A stretch of 63,450 nt of DNA, filler included, from Octopus bimaculoides (Eukaryota), in NCBI RefSeq assembly GCF_001194135.2. It is 7 parts of 6 records of this genome, joined end to end, with 100 filler letters (N's around TTAATTAATTAA, not from the genome) between each part and the next. Parts side by side here need not be neighbours in the genome. Positions count along the whole stretch, not along the records: positions 39,197 to 45,003 come from NC_068985.1; positions 45,104 to 55,503 come from NC_068999.1; 5 more parts are not named here. One strand, written 5' to 3'. The notes under the pieces are model-generated. The model ran no database searches. It worked only from the letters and a program-made list of their open reading frames with translations, and had not been told where the DNA came from. Below, one piece after another: positions 39,445 to 50,290 of this stretch (its first letter is position 1; each line of letters begins with the position of its first letter). The translations under genes and the position numbers were made by a program.

Positions 39445-39550
39445 TCCTTCCATGTTATAGTACCCCCATGTTATAGTACTTCCATGTTACAGTATCTCTA
39501 TGTTAAAGTATGAGCATGTTGTAGCACCTTACAGCCTCTCCATGTTAACA
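39445..39550. repeat. Degenerate ~16-bp tandem repeat (CCATGTTATAGTAC..), ~6 units
   Basis: Direct inspection. Confidence 0.7.
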
Positions 39551-41238
39551 CATAATAACAGTGCTTCTCTTCAGTGGGAGGCCTGTGAGGATTAGAAAGT
39601 GGATAAACAGATAGCTATGCATGATAAAATTATGATGGATTTAAGCTTAAAAAGCTGTCCCCCCCACAAACACACACACTGATATATATATATATATATA
39701 TATATCCAAAGTAATAACAATGAATACAGAGATTAATACATCTGCATATTTTTTTTTATTTCTGCAGCCAATTTTACAGATTTCTGCAGTCAGTTTTCAC
39801 AACATATTTGGTTTAAATTTTTCCAATGTTTGTTTCTGCTGCATAGAAAATTAGCAATTGTATTTGTATCCAGTTATTTTTGACTGGTTAGCAGTCTATG
39901 TAACTTTATCCAAGGTTTCTTCACAGCTGTGGTCTGAAGCGAACTAAGTTTATGAATACTTGGCAAATGTTATTTTGCTAGGTTACTATTGTTTATGAGA
40001 GAAAATAATGTGAGGAAGAGATTTAGAAACTTGATATGGCCATGAAAACTATTATATGGTTGACCTCATCCCAACCTTAGACTTAAGTTCTAAATGCGAA
40101 TCCTAAACCTTTAAGTAGGTCAAAGTGTATCTTTTCAACCTTAGTCTTAGGTGGACTATGAGTTTCTGATCTTCCGATATTGTGTACAACTGCTGGCTAT
40201 TAAATCAGATAAAATTAAACACATGAGGTATAAAGAATTTATTTATGAGATCAATTTGAAACTTTCTCTGTATAAATCAAGTTTTAGATTACATGTATGT
40301 GTTGTAAGGATTTTTAAATAATTTTATTTAAGATGAATAGGGACTGTTACTTGAAAGTCAAAGCAGATATTATCCTTACATTGACCATCTAGACACAAGC
40401 ACCTCCCTATCTACTCATCATATGCATATATATATATATTTATATATACACACAATTAAATACATACATATACATATATATATATATATATATANNNNNN
40501 NNNNNNNNNNNNNNNNNNNNNNNNNNNNNNNNNNNNNNNNNNNNNNNNNNNNNNNNNNNNNNNNNNNNNNNNNNNNNNNNNNNNNNNNNNNNNNNNNNNN
40601 NNNNNNNNNNNNNNNNNNNNNNNNNNNNNNNNNNNNNNNNNNNNNNNNNNNNNNNNNNNNNNNNNNNNNNNNNNNNNNNNNNNNNNNNNNNNNNNNNNNN
40701 NNNNNNNNNNNNNNNNNNNNNNNNNNNNNNNNNNNNNNNNNNNNNNNNNNNNNNNNNNNNNNNNNNNNNNNNNNNNNGCTAGGCTTGGCTATGTCAAGAT
40801 GTTTTTTTTTTATGTATTCAAATGCCTAAATTGTGAGACAGAAGTGAAAAATATTTTTGGGATTCTGGGAAACAGAATCTAATGAAACAGCAATGCTGAC
40901 GGGCTTCTTTCAGTTTCCATCTACCAAATCCACTCATAAGGCTTTGGTTGGCCCGAGGCTATAGTAGAAGACACTTGCCAAAACCAGCCGAAATTCCAAG
41001 GATAATCTGGATCTCGACTGAGGAAAGAAAACTCCGAATGATCTGTCCTTGTTTCCTTGTATCGTCTATCTGGATGTTTTGTCTCTTTCTTGTATCACCT
41101 AACTGTCTGGATGTTTTGCGTCCTTGTCCCATTCTGTATTATTTATACATACATACATACATACGTATAAAGGAAGAAGAATAAGAAAATGGAAGTTGTG
41201 AAGTTAAGAGTTTATTATCAACAACAAATCGGTCATTA

Positions 41239-41321
41239 TCCCTTACAGCTGTTTCAGTTATACATAGTGAAATTAATTGAATATTAAGCTCATATTTCTG
41301 AGCATACTCTCTTCAGAGGGA
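41239..41321 (-). ncRNA. Type I hammerhead ribozyme motif (minimal, Penelope/retrozyme-like)
   Basis: Minus strand reads TCCCT-CTGAAGA-G-AGT...ACT-GAAA-CAGCTG-TA-AGGGA: 5-bp helix I, intact core, short helix II, palindromic helix III and a GUA cleavage triplet. Confidence 0.7.
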
Positions 41322-41429
41322 AAAAATTACCCTTAGATGTTTTGTGTATTTGTTTGTAGATTTATGACGGCACACACACACATATATTTATATATATATA
41401 TATACTATAGTTGTCACGCTTGCAAGTGT

Positions 41430-43886
41430 GACATCTATGACATTTGTAATGTCAAATCCTTTCATGGTTCAGAGTGCTGGACGGACTACAGGCTGGTGCG
41501 AGAAAAATTCTGGATGATGATCAGAATGAAAGCAAGACGAGGGCTAGTTGGCATTCCTCAGCAACTGAATGTCCATAAGATATATAATGCTGTGGTGAGG
41601 AAAGAGCTTCAGAATCATTTATCCAGCATTGAAAATACTACAGTATGGGAAGATTTTCAGAATCAGGTTTTTCAATGTGTTGCTGAACCACTGGGATATG
41701 TTACTGTTAGACACAGAGTGTGGTTTGAGGAAAATGATGCTGAAATTCAGTGACTGCTGGTCATAAAGTGCTATGCCCACCATAGCAGTGTAAAATCACG
41801 ACTGCCGTGATCTCTCAAGAAGATACAACATACCTGGTACTCATGATGTTCAGGCTGCTGCTGATGTAAATGACAGCAAGAAGCTTTACCATCTTATGAA
41901 GTAAGTTTATGGGCCTATTAGCTCTGCATCAGCTCCTTTGCTTTCCAAGGAGTCTTCTACTCTATTTACTAAATCAACAGAGATCATGGGTCACTGGATT
42001 GAACATTTTTCTGAACTCCTAAACCACGAGTCAGTTGTGGACGAAACAGCAATTGACACCATGCAACAGAGACTTGTCATTAGCTCCTTAAATTCCACGC
42101 CCTCAATAGATGACAACAATAAGTAAATTGAATCTTGGTAAAGCACCTGGTAATGATGGTATTTGTGCTGAGGTCCTGCAATTTGGTGGTGATCACATCA
42201 CACAGTCCCTTCATGAACTTAGTGTAATCTGGAAGGATGGTGCAATGCCTAAGGACTGGAAGGATGCAATTATTCTTCCTTTCTATAAAGGAAAGGGAGC
42301 CAGAGTAGAGTGTGGCAGCTACAGAGGTATTGCTCTATTATCAGCTGCTAGCAAGGTTCTGTCAGGTATTCTTCTTACCCACCTAAATAGGTGTTTTGTA
42401 AATGATGCCCTATCTGAATCTCAATGTGGTTTCCAATCCAGAAGAGGAATGATGGATATGATTTTCACAGTGAGACAGATGCAGAAGTGCTATGAGCAGA
42501 ATATGGATCTTGTCCAGGTATTCATTGATTTAACTAAGGCCTTTGATACTGTGAATAGGGCCTCCCTATAGAAAATACTTGGCAAACTTGGATGTCCAGA
42601 TCACTTTGTATCAATAATCAAATCATTTCATGATGGGATAGAGGCTTGGATCAATGTTAGTGGTGGCATGGCAGGCGTATGGTGTCAAGCAGTGTGACAT
42701 CCTTGCCCCAACTCTCTTTCCTTTGTACTTCACTGCTACTCTTACACATGCTTTTGCTGTGGACAGCTTTCCTGGGATATAAGTTAGGTATCAATCTTTT
42801 GGCTGACTTTTTAACCTGCATTCATTTGCTGCCAATTCAAAAGTTTTCCAGTCTCTTATTTGTGACCTCCTTATTGCAGATGACTGTGACTTAGCCACCC
42901 AAACAGTGGATGATATGGAAATGCTTGTGAATCATATTTCTATTTCTTGCAAGATATTTGGACTCAGCATTAGCTGAGTCCAAATTGTAATGTTGTAATA
43001 TTCCAGCCTACACCAGGAATCCCATATGTGGAACCAGCTATCTTGGTTGAAGGAAAAATACTGAAAGTGGTAGACAAGTTTGTCTACCTGGGCAGCACAC
43101 TTGCTGCCTGGATGATAAAATATCTTTCAGGCTGCAGAGAGCAACCAATTCCTTCAGGTCTCTTGAGACTTGTGTCTGGTCCCAACATGGTATCACAAGG
43201 CAAACAAAAATTGCTGTGTTCAGTGCATGTGTACTGACGTTGCGCCTTTACGCATGTGAGACAGGGACCCTTTACAAATGTCATGTAAAGGTCCTTGAAC
43301 ACTTCCATCAGAGATGTCTGAGACACATTCTGAATGTTGGCTGGACCTTAAAACCTCCAGATACACAGGTCCTGAGGAAAGCTAATATCCAGTGTATTGA
43401 GGCAATGGTGCACAAACACCGGTTACATTGGACTGGGTACCTTGTTAGAATGAATGATAGCAAGATCCGTAAACAGATGCTATGTGGGGGACTTGTTAGT
43501 GGAAAGTGACTCCGGCAGAAGCCAAGACTGCAATTTAAGGACTGTGTAAAGTTCTCATTAAAGGCCTGTGAAATGCAGGAAGCTAACTGGGAGAGCAATG
43601 CTTGTCATTGGCACAGATGGAGGAAACAGGTAAAGGAAGGTGTCGATACCTTTGGAAGAGCATGTATTCTTCATGAAGAATTTAAGTGTGCTGCTTGAAA
43701 ATGCACTGTTAGTGTAATGAATGAGGAAAGCTTGATCTGCAATGTCTGCAGTTGTGTATGTTTGTCAAGAGCAGGGCTGATTAGTCACCAATGGAGCTGC
43801 AAGTGTAAAGTATAAGGTAGTCTTGAGTGCACAGTGTTCTTAAAGGTCAGTAATGGTTTTCCTTGGTCACAAGTGGACAGCCATCA
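41430..43886 (+). mobile_element. RTE-clade LINE (family 2), 5'-truncated within APE, decayed
   Basis: ECWTDYRLV, WFEEND, GKAPGNDGI..YRGIALLS..ESQCGF..FIDLTKAFDTVNR, DKFVYLGS, LHWTGYLVRM and a single terminal CxxC finger. Confidence 0.93.
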
Positions 43887-43920
43887 TATATATATATATT
43901 TACACACACACACATATATA

Positions 43921-44976
43921 CAGGGTGCAGACAGTATTTGAGGACAGATTTATGGTTTTGAAAAGACACTTTTATCATAAAAGAAATAAACTGTATTTTT
44001 ATGAAAATAACATAAACATAAAACTAAATTATCAATTTAATAATTTCATTCAATAAAACCACCATAATCATCAATAACTGCCTCTACATGGGGTTGAAAT
44101 CGTTTACAGGCTCAGATTAAGTGATCCTTGTTCATAGCTGACATGACTCAAACTATTGGATCTTTCAAAGAATCTTTGGTGCTATGGGGGTGTTCATTGA
44201 TACTTCTCTCTATGATGCTCAATATATGTTGCAGCATTCACCTTAAGGCTTTTTGGAAAAAAAGGAGGAGGCATCACATGTCCTTCATTGCTAACAACAC
44301 CCAAAACTATGACACCTGCAGGAAATTTTGTGTTCACTACCCTTGGAACCTGGGAAGGGTCTGCACATAGTCATCTGTCATTTCTTCAGTTAGTTTTCTG
44401 GTCCTGGTCAAAATTTTTCTCATCTGAGAAAAACCAAATCACACCACCTTCTGATGAATTTTAAAGTTTGTTCAAAAGTCTTTTGGATCTGATTAAACAG
44501 TTTCCTTTTGTTTTTTGTTTTTTTCCTGACATGAATTGACATCTCATCACATAAGATTTGTCTCTGATGTCTTCATGCACAACATTTCTGATTTTTTTTT
44601 TCTGACACATGAAATTTTTTTGCAATTGACCTCATTGATTTTCCTGGATTGTCTTCAATGTTTTGCTTAACTTTCTCAATAAATTCAGGTGTCCTGATAG
44701 AATCAGAGGATTTGGAATGTTTTTTATGTTTTGATACAGGTAATATGTTTCCATTATTTTTCTCTAACTCACACTGAATCTTGTGGACAAAAGATTTTGC
44801 AACTTTCAGAAAATGAGAAATTTCTAATTCATCATGCTTAGCCTTCAAAGCTACAACCACAGTATACCTTTTCATTTCATTTGTAAGCATAGAGCCTGTC
44901 ATTGTTATTTTCTGAAATTAGTCAAATAAAATAATAACTAAGAATACATGTGTCTTCAAATATCATCTGCACCCTG
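43921..44976 (-). mobile_element. maT (DD37D)-type Tc1/mariner element with both TIRs, internally deleted
   Basis: TA|CAGGGTGCAGACAGTATTTGAGGACA and reverse complement CAGGGTGCAGATGATATTTGAAGACA|TA; RTPEFIEKV..NPGKSMRSIAK; TKFPAGVIVLGVVSNEGHVMPP. Confidence 0.88.
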
Positions 44977-45103
44977 TATATATATATATATATATATATA
45001 TATNNNNNNNNNNNNNNNNNNNNNNNNNNNNNNNNNNNNNNNNNNNNTTAATTAATTAANNNNNNNNNNNNNNNNNNNNNNNNNNNNNNNNNNNNNNNNN
45101 NNN

Positions 45104-45256
45104 CTCTGAGTGGTTGGCGTTAGGAAGGGCATCCAGCTGTAGAAACTCTGCCAAATCAGACTGGAGCCTGGTGTTGCCATCCGGTTTCACCAGTCCTCAG
45201 TCAAATCGTCCAACCCATGCTAGCATGGAAAGCGGACGTTAAACGATGATGATGAT
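45104..45256 (+). mobile_element. Young SINE/retroposon 3' end with (GAT)n tail (family E); inverse copy at 55405-55503
   Basis: GGTTGGCGTTAGGAAGGGCATCCAGC..CATGCTAGCATGGAAAGCGGACGTTAAACGATGATG. Older relatives at 45260-45450, 48775-49000, 50455-50600, 52430-52640, 52705-52840 and 53165-53225. Confidence 0.75.
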
Positions 45257-46079
45257 GGGTCAAATGGAATTTGTTGAGGCATTTTTTTCTTAAGGCCAGA
45301 TGCCCTTCCTACTGTCAGCCCTCATCTGTTTTCAAGAAAGGTAGTAGTTCCCCATGGCTGGACATGTTTTCATGGAAGATTGGAAATTAAGGACACCAGT
45401 TGTATGACAGTGATGCTTACTTACATCAATCAGGCAAAGACAAGAAGACAGTAAAACACACACACACACAATGAGTTTCTTTCAGTTTCTATCTATCAGA
45501 TCCACTCACAAGGCTTTGCTCAGCCTGGGGTTATAGTAGAAGGTGCTAGGGAGTAAGACTGAATCTGAAGCCTTGTGGTTAGGAAGCAAACTTCTTAACC
45601 ATACAGCTGTGTGTGTGTATGTGTATGTGAGTGTGTATATGCGTGTGCATGTGTAATATTGATCTCCAACTTAACGTGGAGGTTGTGATAGAATACAGAT
45701 TACTGCATTATTTACTTTGAGAGAAACTTTGATAAGGACTCATGGTTGCTTCTGTTGCCATTAATTATTTAGATATTTACACACACATACAGAAAGGAGG
45801 TAACTTCCAATAAGAACTGACTCAGACTATGGCAATCCATCCAACTTATGCTAGAAAAGAAATCAGATATAAAATGACAAATGATAATAATCTTATGCTT
45901 CCTTCTATACTTTATAACTTTATACTTCTTAAAAATACTTAGATTGATAATCCCCTAAAGCTGGAACACCTAATATTGGCAAGTGGGGGTAGAAAATATG
46001 AAATACATGTAAAAATATATTAAATAAACACAGTACATCTGTTATTTCTATGGTGAATAACTTGTATCAGATAAAAGGT

Positions 46080-48500
46080 AGAGCAAACCTCTTTGGGATT
46101 TGAACTCAGAATGCTAAAACAATGTAATTAGATCCTACAAAACATTTTGTCCAACACTATAATGATTCTACTGATCCAATGGATATGTTATGATAATAGT
46201 TCTTCCTGCTTTTGGCACAAAGTCTGCAATTTTGAGGGAAGGTGGCAAGTTGATTACATTGACCCCCAGCGCTCAACTGGTACTTATTTTAGTGACCCTT
46301 AAAAGATTGAAAGCCTAAGTGAACTTTGGCAGAATTTGAACTCAGAATGATAGTGCCAAATTTCTCTCAGTAATGAGATCTTGATGAAAAAGGGTACAGT
46401 TAATTTGATGGACCCAAGAACTTGCTAAGGGTACGTGAAGGTAGGAGTAAGTAAATCAAAGAAGAATTTAGAGTGAATTAGAATCAACTGGTAACACAGA
46501 GGTTCGATGTTTTAGGGTATTTGTGGTGGAGTTGGGATAGACGTAGGGAGATTTGCAACAGCAGGTAGATGATGATGACAGAAGTGAAGTCACACAGGTG
46601 AGGTCTAAGGGAAGATAGGAATGCAGACTAATATAACTGATGTTATAATATTGATGTTGATGGTTGTGATGGCAGCGGTGGTGGAAATTAGTATGAATAA
46701 TTAAGAAGATGAGAGTTGCAGAGTATGGGAGGGTGATGGGAGATGTCTGAGAAATGTTCTGGTCCCCCTTCCACTCCATTTCATTAAATTAATTCCTTAC
46801 ATGGGTGGAACACTGAGTAAACTGCTGTGGAATTCACAATGAAATAACACCATCACCAGCACCACCACGACCGCTGCTACTATTACTACCATCACCACCA
46901 CTACCGTCACAACTATCACTATTAACAACAACACTGTGACTATCACCACCACTACCTCCAACATCAATATTTAGCTGTTATTTCTAGCAGCTCATGCAAT
47001 CACATTCCAGCAAGAGACCTGTATGTGATCCACTCAACCTGTTAGAAATAACAGCTAAATCTCCCTCTGGCCAAATCCTACCATCTTAAAATTAGGTTAT
47101 TCGGATCCTGGAGACATTCTCAATGCTTGGAAAGATGAGCAGGTTTGTGGCTGGAATGTATTTAGACCTGCTCGTTCAAGGTGGATCCTTTAATTCCATA
47201 CACATCTAGGCTTGACTAATATTTCATTTTATTGACCCCATAAGGAGGAAAGAAACTTGTCTTTGGTGGGGTTTGAACTTGGGATATAAAGATCCGGACG
47301 AATGTTGCAAGGCATTTTGTCCGTCTTTAAATGTTTTGCATTCAGATACTACCGAGGTCAACTTTGCTTTTCATCCTTTCAGGATTGATCAAATAAGTGC
47401 CAGTTGAAAGCTTGCCAAACTAGCTGGCCTTGAGCCAAAACTTGAAACCAATATTTAAAAGGGTAAAGAAACTCTTTGGTCATGAATGACCCTGGGATCG
47501 CACCTAGAAAGTTCCTCTCCGAGGCACAAGTCCAGGCAAGATTGTTTATGGAAGACCAGCAGTTGCCCATGCATATCAGCCTCCGCTCTCTGCACCACTG
47601 ATGTTATCTGAGGGAAAGTCAATACTTATTTCTAATTGAAACACAAGGCTAGCAAATTTGTTGGGGAGGGCTAGTCATTACTGGAAGTTCTGGTGCTTGA
47701 TTGGTACTTCAGTTTATTGGCTCCAAAAGGATGAAAAGCAAAGTTAACCTCAGTATGATTTGAACTCAGAACCTAAAAAAGTCAAAACAAGTACTACAAG
47801 GTATTTTGTCTGATGCACTAATGATTCTGCCACCTCACCACCCGTTTTTTTGCAATTAAATTGTTTGTAATTTTTGGCACAAAATTAGAAAATGTTAGGA
47901 AGGAAATTTGGTACTATTGACCTTAATATATGACTGGTACTCAAGGCAGCAAGCTGCAAGAATCATTAACACAATAGGAAAAGTGCTTAGCAGCATTTCA
48001 TCTGTCTTTATGTTCTGAGTTCAAATTCCACCGAAGACAACTTCGCTTTTCATACTTTCAAGGTTGATAAAATAATTACCAGTCAAGCACTGGGGTCGAT
48101 GTAATCAACTTTACCTCCTCCCCTGAAATTGTTGGCCTTGTGATAAAATTTGAAATCAACATTAAATGGTTAATAGGTGTCGAGCTGGCAGAATCATTAG
48201 CACATGGAGCAAAATGCTTAACAGGATTTTGTCTGTCTTTATATTCTAAGTTTAAATTCTGCCACGGTTAACTTTGCCTTTCAGAGTTGATAGAATGAGT
48301 ACCAGTAGACCACTGGGATCAATGTAATTGACTTAGCCCCTCCCTCGAAATTGCTGGCCTAGTACCAAAATTTGAAACTAGTAGTTGACTGGTAGAGATG
48401 AAAAGTAAATTTGACATTGGTTGGATTTGAACTCAGAATGGGTAAGTCAGAAGAAATACTGCAGGGAATATTTTTATGATGCTTTAATGATTCTGCCAAA
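46080..48500. mobile_element. Cluster of ~8 family D SINE copies/fragments in mixed orientation
   Basis: TTTGAACTCAGAA (- copies) at about 46100, 46335, 47275, 47760 and 48425; GAGTTCAAATT-type (+ copies) at about 47355, 48020 and 48250. Confidence 0.8.
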
Positions 48501-49707
48501 GTAATAACAACTCAGGTCTTCCGCATTTAAACTACCAGTTTTATGTTCAAAACAAGCCAGATAAGGCCTCTCACGCCGACTCTACAAAATCGTTCTAAAA
48601 ATAGATAATGCATAATTAATTCAAAACAATGTGAAGAAATAAGCATAACATTTGACAGAGTCATCTGAATGCTAAAAGGTTAAATCAAATATCAAAGCAC
48701 GAATTTAACAATAAATAAATAAATAAATAACACTAGCAGACATACCATTATCCACTGAAGTTCAAGCAAACTGGGGCATCATCATCATCATTTAATGTGC
48801 AGTTTTCCATGCATTTGTTGAGGTATGGGCAGATGTCCTTCCTGTTACCATTCTACATGTTTCCAAGCAAGATAATATTTCTCCATGGCCAGACATGTTT
48901 TTTAAAGAAGACTGGAAATGAACAACATAGTTTGTATGGCAGTAATGCTTGTTTACTATCATCATGTAATGCTGCACTGTCAAGAGAAGGGCACACACAA
49001 ACACACATGTATATATATATATATGTGTGTGTATACATACATGCATANNNNNNNNNNNNNNNNNNNNNNNNNNNNNNNNNNNNNNNNNNNNNNNNNNNNN
49101 NNNNNNNNNNNNNNNNNNNNNNNNNNNNNNNNNNNNNNNNNNNNNNNNNNNNNNNNNNNNNNNNNNNNNNNNNNNNNNNNNNNNNNNNNNNNNNNNNNNN
49201 NNNNNNNNNNNNNNNNNNNNNNNNNNNNNNNNNNNNNNNNNNNNNNNNNNNNNNNNNNNNNNNNNNNNNNNNNNNNNNNNNNNNNNNNNNNNNNNNNNNN
49301 NNNNNNNNNNNNNNNNNNNNNNNNNNNNNNNNNNNNNNNNNNNNNNNNNNNNNNNNNNNNNNNNNNNNNNNNNNNNNNNNNNNNNNNNNNNNNNNNNNNN
49401 NNNNNNNNNNNNNNNNNNNNNNNNNNNNNNNNNNNNNNNNNNNNNNNNNNNNNNNNNNNNNNNNNNNNNNNNNNNNNNNNNNNNNNNNNNNNNNNNNNNN
49501 NNNNNNNNNNNNNNNNNNNNNNNNNNNNNNNNNNNNNNNNNNNNNNNNNNNNNNNNNNNNNNNNNNNNNNNNNNNNNNNNNNNNNNNNNNNNNNNNNNNN
49601 NNNNNNNNNNNNNNNNNNNNNNNNNNNNNNNNNNNNNNNNNNNNNNNNNNNNNNNNNNNNNNNNNNNNNNNNNNNNNNNNNNNNNNNNNNNNNNNNNNNN
49701 NNNNNNN

Positions 49708-50290
49708 TCACACTGTGTCCTACAAACCCTCTACATCCAACTTCGATTGGAAAATGCTCCGCTTTTCAGCCTGCGTCTTCACATTTCTCGAGGAGGTTTA
49801 CATAACGGTCAATCTTTCAAGCCCGCGCGGCGTCCATATCATCTTCATGAGGAACCGTTAACTCAACTAGATTTACAACTTTCCTTCTTTCACACCACAT
49901 TAAAATGTCCGGTTTTTCCGTAACTGGGATGGGAAAGAATGCCTGGCACCCAGGTAAATCTGCAGTCACTTCCCAATAGTCGTTCCACTTTTCATTTCTC
50001 ACAGGAAGTTTCTTGTTCTTTTTCTTGAAACGGATCCGCTGACCTGATCGCACGAAAGTAATAAAATCTCTAGATGGTTCTTTCAACGGTTTTTTCTCAG
50101 TGTTGTTGAGATGAATTTGGTTCTTCATAGCATTGAAGATAACCTTCAGGACCAGGTTGTGTCTCCATGTACACCTATTCAATGCTAAGGAACAGTTGGA
50201 AAGAATATGGATTAGAAGAAAAAAATCAATAATAATACAATAGCACCACAAACATGGCCCATCATAGCCAGTCGCAAACACACTTAACAT
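49708..50290 (-). mobile_element. HERO/NeSL-like non-LTR element C-terminus (restriction-like endonuclease)
   Basis: HILSNC..RCTWRHNLVL, PDILMW..VELTVPHE, PIEVGCRGFVG. Confidence 0.8.

Noticed and set aside
41010-41050. Hammerhead-like CTGAGGA..CTCCGAAT on the plus strand
   Set aside because: GAAA is broken and helix I cannot be formed.
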